DNA of 64,000 bases, taken from the NCBI GenBank assembly GCA_002329465.1, contig DCTW01000005.1:4131-68130 (forward strand), given 5' to 3'. Position numbers and translations under genes: made by a program. Positions 9,223 through 19,043 of the stretch are shown here, piece after piece (the first letter of the stretch is position 1; each line of letters begins with the position of its first letter). The notes beneath the pieces were generated by a model. The model was given only the letters and a program-made list of their open reading frames with translations. It was not told where the DNA came from and made no database searches. The DNA comes from Candidatus Woesebacteria bacterium UBA1430. Its GTDB lineage: Bacteria > Patescibacteriota > Microgenomatia > UBA8517.

Positions 9223-10187
9223 ATATATTTCAATACGATTTTTTTTGCTTTCTTAATAAAAACAGAATCTTCCATAGCAACGCTTAGGCTATTTGTTCCT
9301 TTAGTTTTACATCCGCCAAAAATATAGACATTACCTCCGGTTCCAAGCTCAAAATAAGCATGCTGAACATTTGTAATAAAGTTTTCCTCAAAAAACTTTT
9401 CAGCTTCGGCCTTAAATTTAGGCCATGAATTTTTCTTTCCGGACTCATGCTCAATTAAAAGTCTCCCCAATCCTTGAAGAGCACGAGCCGTTCTCATAAA
9501 CTCTGAAATTCCTTGGGTATAAAAGACTCTAAATTCGGTAGCGACATTATCTATGCACTTTGAATTTTTTAGTTTGATAAAGTTTTGTTGATTCATAACT
9601 CCTCCCGCCCCTTTTTCATAAGGGCCGCCTTCTCTAAGCCTTCCCGAATCAGAGCTCCACCCGCACGCGGCAACAGCGCTCATAATAAGGTGCGCTTCGT
9701 CTGAAACATTAATTCCGCCTAAAGTAAAATGTGTTTCATATTTAAATCTCGGATCAAGAAACCCGCGAAGATATAAATAATAAACCTCACGCGACAAAGT
9801 CAGATAACTATTTGCAGGATTTAGAGAAAACTCATAAATTCCATCTTTACCTTGAGGAATCCCCATGCCTTCCGCTGCCAATTGATAGCATTCCGATACA
9901 CTAAGATGGGGATAATCCTCACGGCATATATATATTTCCCGACTAGTCCTTGGAATTTTATGCTCAAACACCTCAATTTCAGCGCCAATTGTCGGTGTAA
10001 AAGGTAATGGGTTTCTCTCCCTTTCTTCCCAGTGAAGTTTCCTGTGGAGTGGATTTAGCAAAAACCTATACAAAGAAAGCATTTCGTCATTTACAGTAAT
10101 AGGGGGCATGTCGTCATCTTGCTGATAATGTGACACAGCCATTCTGTCAACCGAGACAAGCCTCTTTTCTATTTCATTTAAAGCCAT
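9219..10187 (-). CDS. Hypothetical protein.
   Basis: A 322-aa ORF with no recognised motifs. Confidence 0.35.
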   Translation of the reverse strand: MALNEIEKRLVSVDRMAVSHYQQDDDMPPITVNDEMLSLYRFLLNPLHRKLHWEERERNPLPFTPTIGAEIEVFEHKIPRTSREIYICREDYPHLSVSECYQLAAEGMGIPQGKDGIYEFSLNPANSYLTLSREVYYLYLRGFLDPRFKYETHFTLGGINVSDEAHLIMSAVAACGWSSDSGRLREGGPYEKGAGGVMNQQNFIKLKNSKCIDNVATEFRVFYTQGISEFMRTARALQGLGRLLIEHESGKKNSWPKFKAEAEKFFEENFITNVQHAYFELGTGGNVYIFGGCKTKGTNSLSVAMEDSVFIKKAKKIVLKYI

Positions 10188-10286
10188 GGGAAGTGTATTT
10201 TACCAAATTGCTTATTGACATAGGAAGTTTATTTTTGATACCTTGTGATTAAGAAAGATATTAGATAAGTTCAAAACTATATCAAA

Positions 10287-10511
10287 ATGACAAAAGATAC
10301 ATCAAAAACTAAAAACATTGACATAAATAATCTCCCTGATTTATTAACAGTTAGGGAAGTAGCCCAGCTTCTAAGAGTCTCTCCCTTGACTATAAAAAGA
10401 TGGGGTAAAAGAGGAAAGCTACCACCCATACGAATAAACTCCCGAGGCGACCGCCGCTACAAAAAAGAAGCGGTTCTCTACCTTCTCGGCATGCAGTCCC
10501 CGAACGAATAA
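10287..10511 (+). CDS. Small helix-turn-helix DNA-binding protein of the excisionase/AlpA-like family.
   Basis: The sequence 'LLTVREVAQLLRVSPLTIKRWGKRGKLPPIRINSRGDRRYKKEAV' matches the excisionase-family HTH pattern. Confidence 0.6.
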   Translation: MTKDTSKTKNIDINNLPDLLTVREVAQLLRVSPLTIKRWGKRGKLPPIRINSRGDRRYKKEAVLYLLGMQSPNE

Positions 10512-10588
10512 CTTACTTTTCATACTATATATACACGAAATACGTTTTTTGCTAAACTCATCTTAGATATAAAAAAATAAATCTGCCC

Positions 10589-13500
10589 ATGCTAAAGACT
10601 AAGTTCAAACTCGGTCAAAAAATTGTATTTAAAATAGCTAAAAAAATTTTCTTGCTTTTTTTAATATTTTTATTTGCTTTCCCCTTTAATATTATTGTGC
10701 CGAAAACAAATAGCGTTTTTGCCTCGACATCCCATGTAATTACTACGCGCGAAGATTGGGATAGCGGCGAATTCAATTTCGTTGAATCCGAGACTGAAAA
10801 CGGATCTATAAAACTCAGAGCAGATGGTGAATGGGAGCCAAGAAGCTTTGAAACACCAAATCTTACGTTGTCATACGGCGCGTCTTTTGTCTCTGACGGT
10901 ACTTATATTTATGTGTTAAGAGGATACGGGGACGATGCTTTTTGGAAATATAATCCGAATGATGATAAATGGGAAGACCTTGCAAGCCCTGATCTTGGGG
11001 CTTATCACGGAGCAGATCTTGTAATTATAGGCAACTACATATATGCAATTTTCGGCGGCAATCAGCCTAACTTCGCCAGGTACGACAAGGAATCCGACGC
11101 ATGGACCAATCTTGAATCACTTCCTGCTTTGGTAAATACGGGGGGATCACTGGCAACGGACGGTACGGATATCTATGCTATGAGAGGCGGATCAACCACA
11201 GTATATTTTTATGATGTAAGCGAAGACGATTGGTTGGAAAAACCCGAATTTCCCTCATCCGTATCTTATGGAGACTTGGTTTATCACAATGGCTATCTAT
11301 ATAATGTTGATAACAGCAATCCAAACAGATTTTTCAAATATTCTGTGGCGGACGGTTCTTATGAACAGCTTGAAAGCCCGCCCCAAAGAATAACAAACGA
11401 AACAGACGCGACCATTCACGATGGCTACATCTATTACATGCGCTCCTCAAATACTACGGATTTTTATAGATACAACCTGTCCGGTGGAACCTGGGAAACA
11501 TTAACATCAACGCCCCAAAATAGCCGAGGAGGCGTAGTCTATCACTCCGCTGATAACTATATTTACGTTTTTCGAGGCAATTCAAGCTACGATTTTTGGA
11601 AATACGATATTTCTAACGATTCATTCCTTGGCCCTACCGACTCTCCGGTAACACTCTATAGGGGAAGCGATATGCTCTACTACAATTCGAATTTTTATAT
11701 TCTAAGAGGATACAATACCCCGACATTTTATGAGTATGATATTTCGGAAGCAACTTGGACCCAAAAAGCTGACGCACCGGGTAACATTTATTACTACACT
11801 CGGGGAACAGCCGCCGGGCAGTATCTTTATTTTTTCCAAGGAAACAGCACAAGCTTTTATAGCTATGATCCTCTGGAAAATTTATGGACGACGCTAACGC
11901 CGGCTCCACTTTCAACTAGCGAAGGAGCACTTGCTTATCCGGGGAGCGGGGACTATATCTACGCAATCCGTGGAGGTGGAACATCAACATTCTGGCGCTA
12001 TAGCATTTCACAAAACGAGTGGCAAGATAACGAAGCAGAGGATCTGCCCTCGGGAATAGCAGCGGGAAGCGGATCGGCTTTAATCAGCGTTGAAGGAGAT
12101 CTGTTTTTGCTTTTAGGTTCAGGAACGCCTGGATTTTATAAGTACGATGTATCTGAAAATTCCTGGTCGGCATTGCTTGAGGCTCCTTTTGCGCCTTCAA
12201 ACAGCTCGGACATTGCTTACGATAACTCAAATAAAATACTGGCGATTGCATCCAACTACGATGACGATCTTTATGAATACAATATTTCCTCAAATACATG
12301 GAGGCGTCTTGCCAACATGTCTGAATACTATGGATACAAACTTGGCACTGCCAATGGAAGCTCAATTGAATACGACGGCTTAGGAAGCTTCTATATAGTA
12401 AGGGGACAGACAACAATTAATCTTCTTAAATATAACCCAAGCAATTACAATTATCCGGTTTCCGGTACTTGGATAAGCGATGCCTTAGATTTATCCTATG
12501 TATCAAGCTGGGTTTCGCTTTCGGCAAGCACAACCACACCTTCCGATTCCTCTATAAACCTTGAAACAAGAACCAGCAGCGATTTATCTAACTGGTCATC
12601 ATGGGAAAGCGTATCAGAAGGCACTATCTTCTCGCCGGCCAACCGCTATATCCAAATAAAAGCAACGCTCTACGCATCAACAGATAGAACTGAAACTCCA
12701 AAACTTAATGACATAACTGTTGCTTATACCGGAGACGAGGTAGATCCACTAAATCCAAGTAGCGTAACGGCTTTGTCGCAGCAGGTAGGAGGAAGCAGCT
12801 TAACAAGCGGGGAGACATATTCTCACGCTCATCCTTACTTCTATTGGTCTGGTTCGGATGAGCATACTTCGGTAGCAGGATATTATGTTTATTTCGGCGC
12901 TTCAAGTGACGCAAATCCTAAAACACAAGGGAATTGGCAAACATCAGGTATTTTTACCGTTACAACACCACTATCCCAAGGAAGCTATTACTTAAGGATA
13001 ATTACCAAAGATCAAGTAGGAAACGAGTCGGATCCGGTAACACTTTTTACATACGTTTACAGCGGTGTGGGGGCGGATCAGTCATTTACGGCGGACGAAA
13101 CATCCGAGTTTCTTGGTACAACATCAAATGTAGATGTTTCAAACGACCAGATTACCCTTGCTTCGGTAGACGGCTTTTGGCTCGAAGAAAGATTTAGCCT
13201 TGCTCCGGCGGGCCTTCAATATGCAGCGCACACTCCGGCTTACGTCAGCTCTACAAATAAACTTTATATCCTTCGTGGAGCAAACGACAATGTTTTTTTA
13301 GAGTACGATCTAACAACAGATACATGGACCACGCTTTCTCCGGCTCCCGATGCGGCAAGAATGGGTGGAGGAGTAATCGAAGGTCCGGCGGGATATCTAT
13401 TTGCGCTTCAGGGAAACAATACCAACAAGTTCTGGCGCTACAGCATAGCTACAGATGAATGGAGCGATGAAGAAGCATCCGATGCTCCAAGCAACGTTTA

Positions 13501-16500
13501 CTACGGAGGAAGCATGGTTTACGACCAATCCCGCTATATTTATGCAACCCGTGGGGACAATACCGATTCGTTCTGGCGCTACGACACTATTGATAACACA
13601 TGGAGCAGCTCGGCAGTAGCTTCTCTAAATTTCGGGGCACCCACAAACGTAGGCACAAACAATGCATATACCGGAGCAGACCTTGTATTTGATGGAGATG
13701 ATACAATCTATGCAATACAGGGCAATTATCAGGCCGGTTTTTCCGCTTACAGTATAAGCAGTAACGAGTGGACACCCCTTTTAAATCTGCCGATTCTTCC
13801 CAGTTCCGGTGCTTCAATCGAAATCTCAAGCGACAATTCTTCAATCTACTACGCCCCCGGAGATAACCAAACGGATTTATTTAAATACAGTATTGCAAGC
13901 AATACCTGGTCCCAAATGTCCGATGCTCCGGCAAGTATAAGTTATGGCGGATCAATAAGAAGAATTGGCGAAAAGCTTTACGTAATAAGAGGAGGAAACC
14001 AGACACAAATTTATACATACAACACGGAAACCGATATGTGGAAAGTTCCTGTGCGAGGTTTATTTGGCCCCGTTTTTCAAGGGACTTCCCTTGATTCCCT
14101 TAATTACAGCAGCGCTATAGCCAAAGGCGTTGGGTCAAATTTTTACATGATACGCGGCAATTACGCAAACGACTTTATAAGCTACAATTCTCAAACAGGC
14201 GAGGTAACAAGGTTAAAAGACTTGCCCTCCGGTTCTTATTTGGGTGCCAGTTTAGTTTACGACAGTGTAAACGCCAAAATATATTATCATCCGGGTGTAT
14301 ATTGGAACCATTTTTATGTATATGACACCTCAAGCGACACATGGAGCGAAGAAACAAGCGACCCCCCGCCAGCCGCTCCCAACGCAGGATCAAGCATGGT
14401 ATATGACGGATCAAGATATATCTATCTATCTCGAGGTGGATGGACAAATTCGTTTTATCGCTTTGATACAGAAAACCAATCGGCAGGAACTAAGTGGGAA
14501 ACTTTAAACAACACCCCCGCTTCTTTAAGCTATGGATCAGAACTGGTTTATAAAGATAGCTATATCTATACTCTGCGGGGTGCAAATGAAGCCAATAATC
14601 CCTTTTATCGGTACGATACGGTGGAAGGCACCTGGGACGATGCGGCGGTGGCGGATCTTGATATAGATGTTTATTACGAAGGCTTTTTGGTGGATGGCCA
14701 CGATGGCTATCTTTATGCGGCAAGAGGCGATAACGCAAATGAATTCTATCGTTACTCAATAAGTGAAAACAGTTGGGAAAGTTTGGCCAGTGTACCCGGT
14801 CAGGTTTACAGAGGAGGCGCGGCTATATCAGACGAAGCAGGCAAAATCTTGGTTTTCGCAGGAGCGGGGACAAATACATTTAACGACGCTCTTTATACCT
14901 ATGTCCAAAACACAAGCTCTTCAGGTTTTCAAGAGAGTGGTACATACACCTCACAAGCACACGACCTTACAAGCGTTTACAAATGGGGTAATATTACCCT
15001 TACTTATCAATCTGCTTCGGATACAACGCTTCAAGTAGAAACGCGCACTTCAAGCGACGGATCGGACTGGTCCGGATGGCAGGAATCAACTAAATTAAAA
15101 ACAATCGCCACAAGCTATGAATATTTGATCAATTCGCCGGCGAATCGCTATATTCAGGTGCGTTTTAGCCTAGATTCTACAAACGGAATTTATTCAGGTG
15201 TTATTTCAGACTATACAATCAATTATTATCAGGATTTAACAGCACCTTCTAACCCCGCTGCGATAACGACATATAGCAGTAGTAATAAAACTATCGAGTT
15301 GACAGAATCCGATGCTTGGTATTCATACACCTCTCCTTATTTTGATTGGCCGGATGAGGAAACAGCGGGAGGTGCTACAGACAGCTCAACCGGCTCCGGA
15401 GTAGTGGGTTATTATGTTTATTTTGGTACAAATGAAAGCGCAGACCCAGCAGTCTCAGGTGAATTAACCTCAGATACATATTATCAGGCACAAAATTTGG
15501 TAACAGGCCAGACATACTATCTGAGAATAAAAACGGCTGACGATGCAGGCAACACACAGGAAGAAATTTGGCAGCCTTTTATCTATAAATTTGACAGCAC
15601 CAACCCCTCAATACCAACAGGTCTGGAAGCGGACCCTTCCGGATATTCGGCTGTTGACAGCTTTAGCTTTGGCTGGAATGCCTCAAGCGATCCCGAGTCG
15701 TTAATAACATCTTACTGCTACAAAACAGGTGCCGAAAGTGGTGCCTGGTCCTCCGATCAATGCGCCGACGCATTGACGGTGTCAAGCGTACCGTCGTATA
15801 AGACGGGAGCAAATGTTTTTTATGTAAGAAGCAAAGATTCGGCCGGAAATTATTCGGATTATGCAACTGTTACTTATTATTTTAATACAGGCGCTCCTTC
15901 TGCGCCTCAGAACCTAAGCGTAACACCCTCTGTTAATACGCTAAATTCGTTTTCGTTCTCATGGTCTGCCCCCGCAGTCTATCTCGGCAGCGAATCAAAC
16001 ATCAAGTATTACTACAGCATCAACGCCCTCCCCACAGCTCAAAGCGTAACCGAAACGCTAACGTCAATGCTTTCGGCAGGTGCGTATGCAACTCTGCCTG
16101 GAGAGAATACATTCTATGTAGTAGCAAAAGACGAAGCAGGAAACATGGATTACAATAATTATGCTTCAATCACATTTACCGCAAATACCACAGCACCGGG
16201 TATCCCGACAAGCGTTGATATAGCGGATGTTTCCGTAAAAGCGACAAGCAGTTGGAAACTTGCAGTTTCTTGGGAAGAGCCTAGCCTTACCGGAGCGGGT
16301 ATAGCAACATATAAAATTTATAGATCAATAGACGGCATTGCCTACACTTACAGAGCATCCACAAGCGGAATTTCCTATGTTGACACAGGATTAACACAGC
16401 AAACCTATTACTACAAAATCAATGCATGCGATAGCGCCAATAATTGTGGTGAATTTTCAAGCACGGTATCAATGTATCCGGACGGCAAATTTACAGAAGC

Positions 16501-17725
16501 GGCGCCTTTGATAAGCGATCCTTCTGTAAGTAATATAACGACCCGTAAGGCTGTTGTTTCTTGGACGACTTCAAGAACAAGCGATTCCAAGGTGGCTTAC
16601 GGCACCTCATCCGGAAGCTATTTTACAGAAGAAGTAAGTAACTCGGATCACGTAACAAGCCACACAATTACACTGACAAATCTTGAGCCTGGAACTACAT
16701 ATTATTACATAGCAAAATGGACCGATGAGGACGGGAACACAGGCACAAGCTCGGAAAATACTTTTGAGACAAGCCCCGCTCCCTCGGTAAAAGACGTATC
16801 CGTTTCTGAAATAGGTATAGAATCGGCGCTGATAACATTTACCGTAACAGGAGCTTCCAAAATAAAAATATACTATGGCGAATCTACATCCTTCGGAGGT
16901 ATAAAAGAAATAAGTACCTCCGCCTCTGAATCAACATATACGGCGCAATTGACAGGTCTGCTTGACGGAACAAAATATTACTATAAAATTAACGCCTTTG
17001 ATAGCGAAGAATATGAATACGCAGGTACAACACTTGATTTTGAAACACTTCCGAGGCCGCAAATAAGCGAAGTCACCGTCCAACAAGTCAAAGGAACCGC
17101 TCAACCAACCCTACTTGTCACCTGGGAAACAAACACCGAAGTGTCAAGCATTGTTTCTTACTATCCTTTGGAAAATCCTCTTCAGGCAAGAGACGAAATA
17201 AACGCAGATCTTACAAAAGGGGAGCACAAAATGATCGTCCGCGGCCTGATGCCCGAAACGGTTTATGCGCTTGTTATAAAAGGAAGAGATAAAGTAGGAA
17301 ACGAAGCCGTCTCTGATGTAATTAACTTAACAACTTCTTCCGATACACGCCCTCCACAGATAACAAATCTAAAAGTTGAAGGTAGCCTTATGCCGAATAT
17401 ATCGGATCAGGGCGAATCGGTAACCCAGCTGGTAGTTTCCTGGGATACGGACGAGCCCTCATCGGCACAAGTTGAATTCGGAGAGGGCACGGCAGATACT
17501 TACGCTCAAAAAACCCAAGAAGACTCAAATCTTACATATAATCATCTTGTAGTTATATCCGGACTTTCTCCAAGCAAAGTTTATCATCTTAGAGCGGTTT
17601 CAAAAGACAAAGCCGGAAACGAGGGTAAATCAGTTGATACCGTAACTATCACCCCCAAGGCCACAAAAAGCGCTCTTGATCTTGTAATTACAAATCTTTC
17701 CGAAGCATTCGGGTTTCTTAAATAA
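10589..17725 (+). CDS. Giant (2378 aa) secreted or surface protein made of Kelch-type beta-propeller repeat arrays and fibronectin-III-like domains.
   Basis: It has a signal peptide or N-terminal anchor. There are at least 25 repeats of about 47 aa with the pattern 'IYxxRGxxxxxFxxYxxxxxxWxxLxxxP'. Domains containing 'SPANRYIQ' and 'YYVYFG' are duplicated. The C-terminal Fn3-like modules include 'GTTYYYIAKWTDEDGNTG' and 'KVYHLRAVSKDKAGNEG'. Confidence 0.8.
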   Translation: MLKTKFKLGQKIVFKIAKKIFLLFLIFLFAFPFNIIVPKTNSVFASTSHVITTREDWDSGEFNFVESETENGSIKLRADGEWEPRSFETPNLTLSYGASFVSDGTYIYVLRGYGDDAFWKYNPNDDKWEDLASPDLGAYHGADLVIIGNYIYAIFGGNQPNFARYDKESDAWTNLESLPALVNTGGSLATDGTDIYAMRGGSTTVYFYDVSEDDWLEKPEFPSSVSYGDLVYHNGYLYNVDNSNPNRFFKYSVADGSYEQLESPPQRITNETDATIHDGYIYYMRSSNTTDFYRYNLSGGTWETLTSTPQNSRGGVVYHSADNYIYVFRGNSSYDFWKYDISNDSFLGPTDSPVTLYRGSDMLYYNSNFYILRGYNTPTFYEYDISEATWTQKADAPGNIYYYTRGTAAGQYLYFFQGNSTSFYSYDPLENLWTTLTPAPLSTSEGALAYPGSGDYIYAIRGGGTSTFWRYSISQNEWQDNEAEDLPSGIAAGSGSALISVEGDLFLLLGSGTPGFYKYDVSENSWSALLEAPFAPSNSSDIAYDNSNKILAIASNYDDDLYEYNISSNTWRRLANMSEYYGYKLGTANGSSIEYDGLGSFYIVRGQTTINLLKYNPSNYNYPVSGTWISDALDLSYVSSWVSLSASTTTPSDSSINLETRTSSDLSNWSSWESVSEGTIFSPANRYIQIKATLYASTDRTETPKLNDITVAYTGDEVDPLNPSSVTALSQQVGGSSLTSGETYSHAHPYFYWSGSDEHTSVAGYYVYFGASSDANPKTQGNWQTSGIFTVTTPLSQGSYYLRIITKDQVGNESDPVTLFTYVYSGVGADQSFTADETSEFLGTTSNVDVSNDQITLASVDGFWLEERFSLAPAGLQYAAHTPAYVSSTNKLYILRGANDNVFLEYDLTTDTWTTLSPAPDAARMGGGVIEGPAGYLFALQGNNTNKFWRYSIATDEWSDEEASDAPSNVYYGGSMVYDQSRYIYATRGDNTDSFWRYDTIDNTWSSSAVASLNFGAPTNVGTNNAYTGADLVFDGDDTIYAIQGNYQAGFSAYSISSNEWTPLLNLPILPSSGASIEISSDNSSIYYAPGDNQTDLFKYSIASNTWSQMSDAPASISYGGSIRRIGEKLYVIRGGNQTQIYTYNTETDMWKVPVRGLFGPVFQGTSLDSLNYSSAIAKGVGSNFYMIRGNYANDFISYNSQTGEVTRLKDLPSGSYLGASLVYDSVNAKIYYHPGVYWNHFYVYDTSSDTWSEETSDPPPAAPNAGSSMVYDGSRYIYLSRGGWTNSFYRFDTENQSAGTKWETLNNTPASLSYGSELVYKDSYIYTLRGANEANNPFYRYDTVEGTWDDAAVADLDIDVYYEGFLVDGHDGYLYAARGDNANEFYRYSISENSWESLASVPGQVYRGGAAISDEAGKILVFAGAGTNTFNDALYTYVQNTSSSGFQESGTYTSQAHDLTSVYKWGNITLTYQSASDTTLQVETRTSSDGSDWSGWQESTKLKTIATSYEYLINSPANRYIQVRFSLDSTNGIYSGVISDYTINYYQDLTAPSNPAAITTYSSSNKTIELTESDAWYSYTSPYFDWPDEETAGGATDSSTGSGVVGYYVYFGTNESADPAVSGELTSDTYYQAQNLVTGQTYYLRIKTADDAGNTQEEIWQPFIYKFDSTNPSIPTGLEADPSGYSAVDSFSFGWNASSDPESLITSYCYKTGAESGAWSSDQCADALTVSSVPSYKTGANVFYVRSKDSAGNYSDYATVTYYFNTGAPSAPQNLSVTPSVNTLNSFSFSWSAPAVYLGSESNIKYYYSINALPTAQSVTETLTSMLSAGAYATLPGENTFYVVAKDEAGNMDYNNYASITFTANTTAPGIPTSVDIADVSVKATSSWKLAVSWEEPSLTGAGIATYKIYRSIDGIAYTYRASTSGISYVDTGLTQQTYYYKINACDSANNCGEFSSTVSMYPDGKFTEAAPLISDPSVSNITTRKAVVSWTTSRTSDSKVAYGTSSGSYFTEEVSNSDHVTSHTITLTNLEPGTTYYYIAKWTDEDGNTGTSSENTFETSPAPSVKDVSVSEIGIESALITFTVTGASKIKIYYGESTSFGGIKEISTSASESTYTAQLTGLLDGTKYYYKINAFDSEEYEYAGTTLDFETLPRPQISEVTVQQVKGTAQPTLLVTWETNTEVSSIVSYYPLENPLQARDEINADLTKGEHKMIVRGLMPETVYALVIKGRDKVGNEAVSDVINLTTSSDTRPPQITNLKVEGSLMPNISDQGESVTQLVVSWDTDEPSSAQVEFGEGTADTYAQKTQEDSNLTYNHLVVISGLSPSKVYHLRAVSKDKAGNEGKSVDTVTITPKATKSALDLVITNLSEAFGFLK

Positions 17726-17745
17726 ATTTGATAAACTAAAATAAG

Positions 17746-18258
17746 ATGCAGGACGATTTAATCAGATTTTTTTCAACAACAGAAATATCGGTTTTCAAGG
17801 GATTGTTTTTTATTACAACAGCCTTTTTTTTAATCTCAATATTTATAGTAATTCTTCTTTCGGCGCTTTCTACAACCACTTTTATTAAAAAAAGAGATAA
17901 AAAAAATAGAAATAAGCTGATAATGGTACTAATTATCCTTCTGGCACTTCCGGTCGGCGTTTCAACAATGGCTCTACAAAAAAGTCTTGGAAAAAGTTCC
18001 AAGGCATATTCTATTGGTATTGTTTTTAAAGAATCTGTACCCCTTGATGATTCAAGCTATCTTGTTAATATAGAAACAAAATCTCCACACATTCTCTATC
18101 TTAAAGCAAAGCTTCCTACTGGCGATTTTGAAACAATAATGCCCACTTATTCGCTTGAGAAAAGGAAACTCCACTCGTTTATTATCCCGCGGGAACATCT
18201 CGACGATCTTTATATAGTGGCAGAGGATTTGGAAATGCCTTTTGATATTTCCGATTAA
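17746..18258 (+). CDS. Hypothetical membrane protein.
   Basis: A 170-aa protein with two transmembrane segments, lying directly upstream of the ABC transporter genes. Confidence 0.4.
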   Translation: MQDDLIRFFSTTEISVFKGLFFITTAFFLISIFIVILLSALSTTTFIKKRDKKNRNKLIMVLIILLALPVGVSTMALQKSLGKSSKAYSIGIVFKESVPLDDSSYLVNIETKSPHILYLKAKLPTGDFETIMPTYSLEKRKLHSFIIPREHLDDLYIVAEDLEMPFDISD

Positions 18259-18263
18259 CCAAA

Positions 18264-19043
18264 ATGGAATATACAAAGATCGTCCAAATAAATAATCTAA
18301 CTAAATCTTTTAGAGTAGGCAGTCAAGATATCAACGTACTCAAAAATATTTCATTTTCGATTTCGAATGGAGATTTTGTAATAATAGTTGGCCCTTCCGG
18401 GTGTGGTAAATCAACACTTCTTCATACAATCCTAGGTCTTGAGCCTCCGACAAGCGGGGATGTAATTTTCCTTGGCAGAAACGTCTATCGTGAATTGGCA
18501 ACCGAGGACGAGCGGTCTGATTTTCGGAAAAAACATATAGGCATGGTTTACCAGCAATCAAATTGGGTAAAAGCGCTTACTTCTATAGAGAATGTTTTTT
18601 TTCCGCTGATGCTTATGGGCTACGACGAGGAGCTCTGCAGACAAAAAGCCGAGGACATGCTCAAAAAAGTAAACATGCTTGAGTGGAAGGATTTCATTCC
18701 CACAGAACTCTCCGGTGGACAGCAGCAAAAAGTCGCTCTCGCAAGAGCACTGATTAATAATCCCGATGTAATTATCGGAGACGAGCCTACGGGAAATCTG
18801 GATTATGCGTCCGGCGAAGAGATTATGAATCTTTTTATAGAGCTTAACAGCAAAGAAAAAAAGACCGTAATAATGGTTACTCACAACCTTGATTATTTAA
18901 ACTACGCAAAAACGACAATAAGGTTGTTTGATGGACAGCTTGTCGGTATATATAAAGAAAAAGATAGGAAGCAACTTGCAAAAGATATAGAAAAATTTAA
19001 GCTTGGAAACAAATCTCAAAACAAAAATGAAAAAAGCATTTGA
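18264..19043 (+). CDS. ABC transporter ATP-binding protein (MacB/LolD/FtsE-like).
   Basis: Walker A 'GPSGCGKST', the ABC signature 'LSGGQQQK' and Walker B 'IIGDEPTGNLD' are all present. Confidence 0.9.
   Translation: MEYTKIVQINNLTKSFRVGSQDINVLKNISFSISNGDFVIIVGPSGCGKSTLLHTILGLEPPTSGDVIFLGRNVYRELATEDERSDFRKKHIGMVYQQSNWVKALTSIENVFFPLMLMGYDEELCRQKAEDMLKKVNMLEWKDFIPTELSGGQQQKVALARALINNPDVIIGDEPTGNLDYASGEEIMNLFIELNSKEKKTVIMVTHNLDYLNYAKTTIRLFDGQLVGIYKEKDRKQLAKDIEKFKLGNKSQNKNEKSI

Noticed and set aside
11634-16158. Numerous 60-110-aa ORFs on both strands within the giant repeat-protein gene (for example 11634-11915, 12084-12416, 14490-14759).
   Set aside because: They are embedded in, or antisense to, a 7.1-kb ORF with consistent repeat architecture. 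Their products are Arg/Cys/His-rich, low-complexity translations typical of off-frame reading.
17736-18002. 88-aa minus-strand ORF overlapping the start of the 17746 membrane protein.
   Set aside because: It is antisense to a plus-strand ORF that fits the co-directional operon with the ABC genes. The hydrophobic translation is a mirror artefact.
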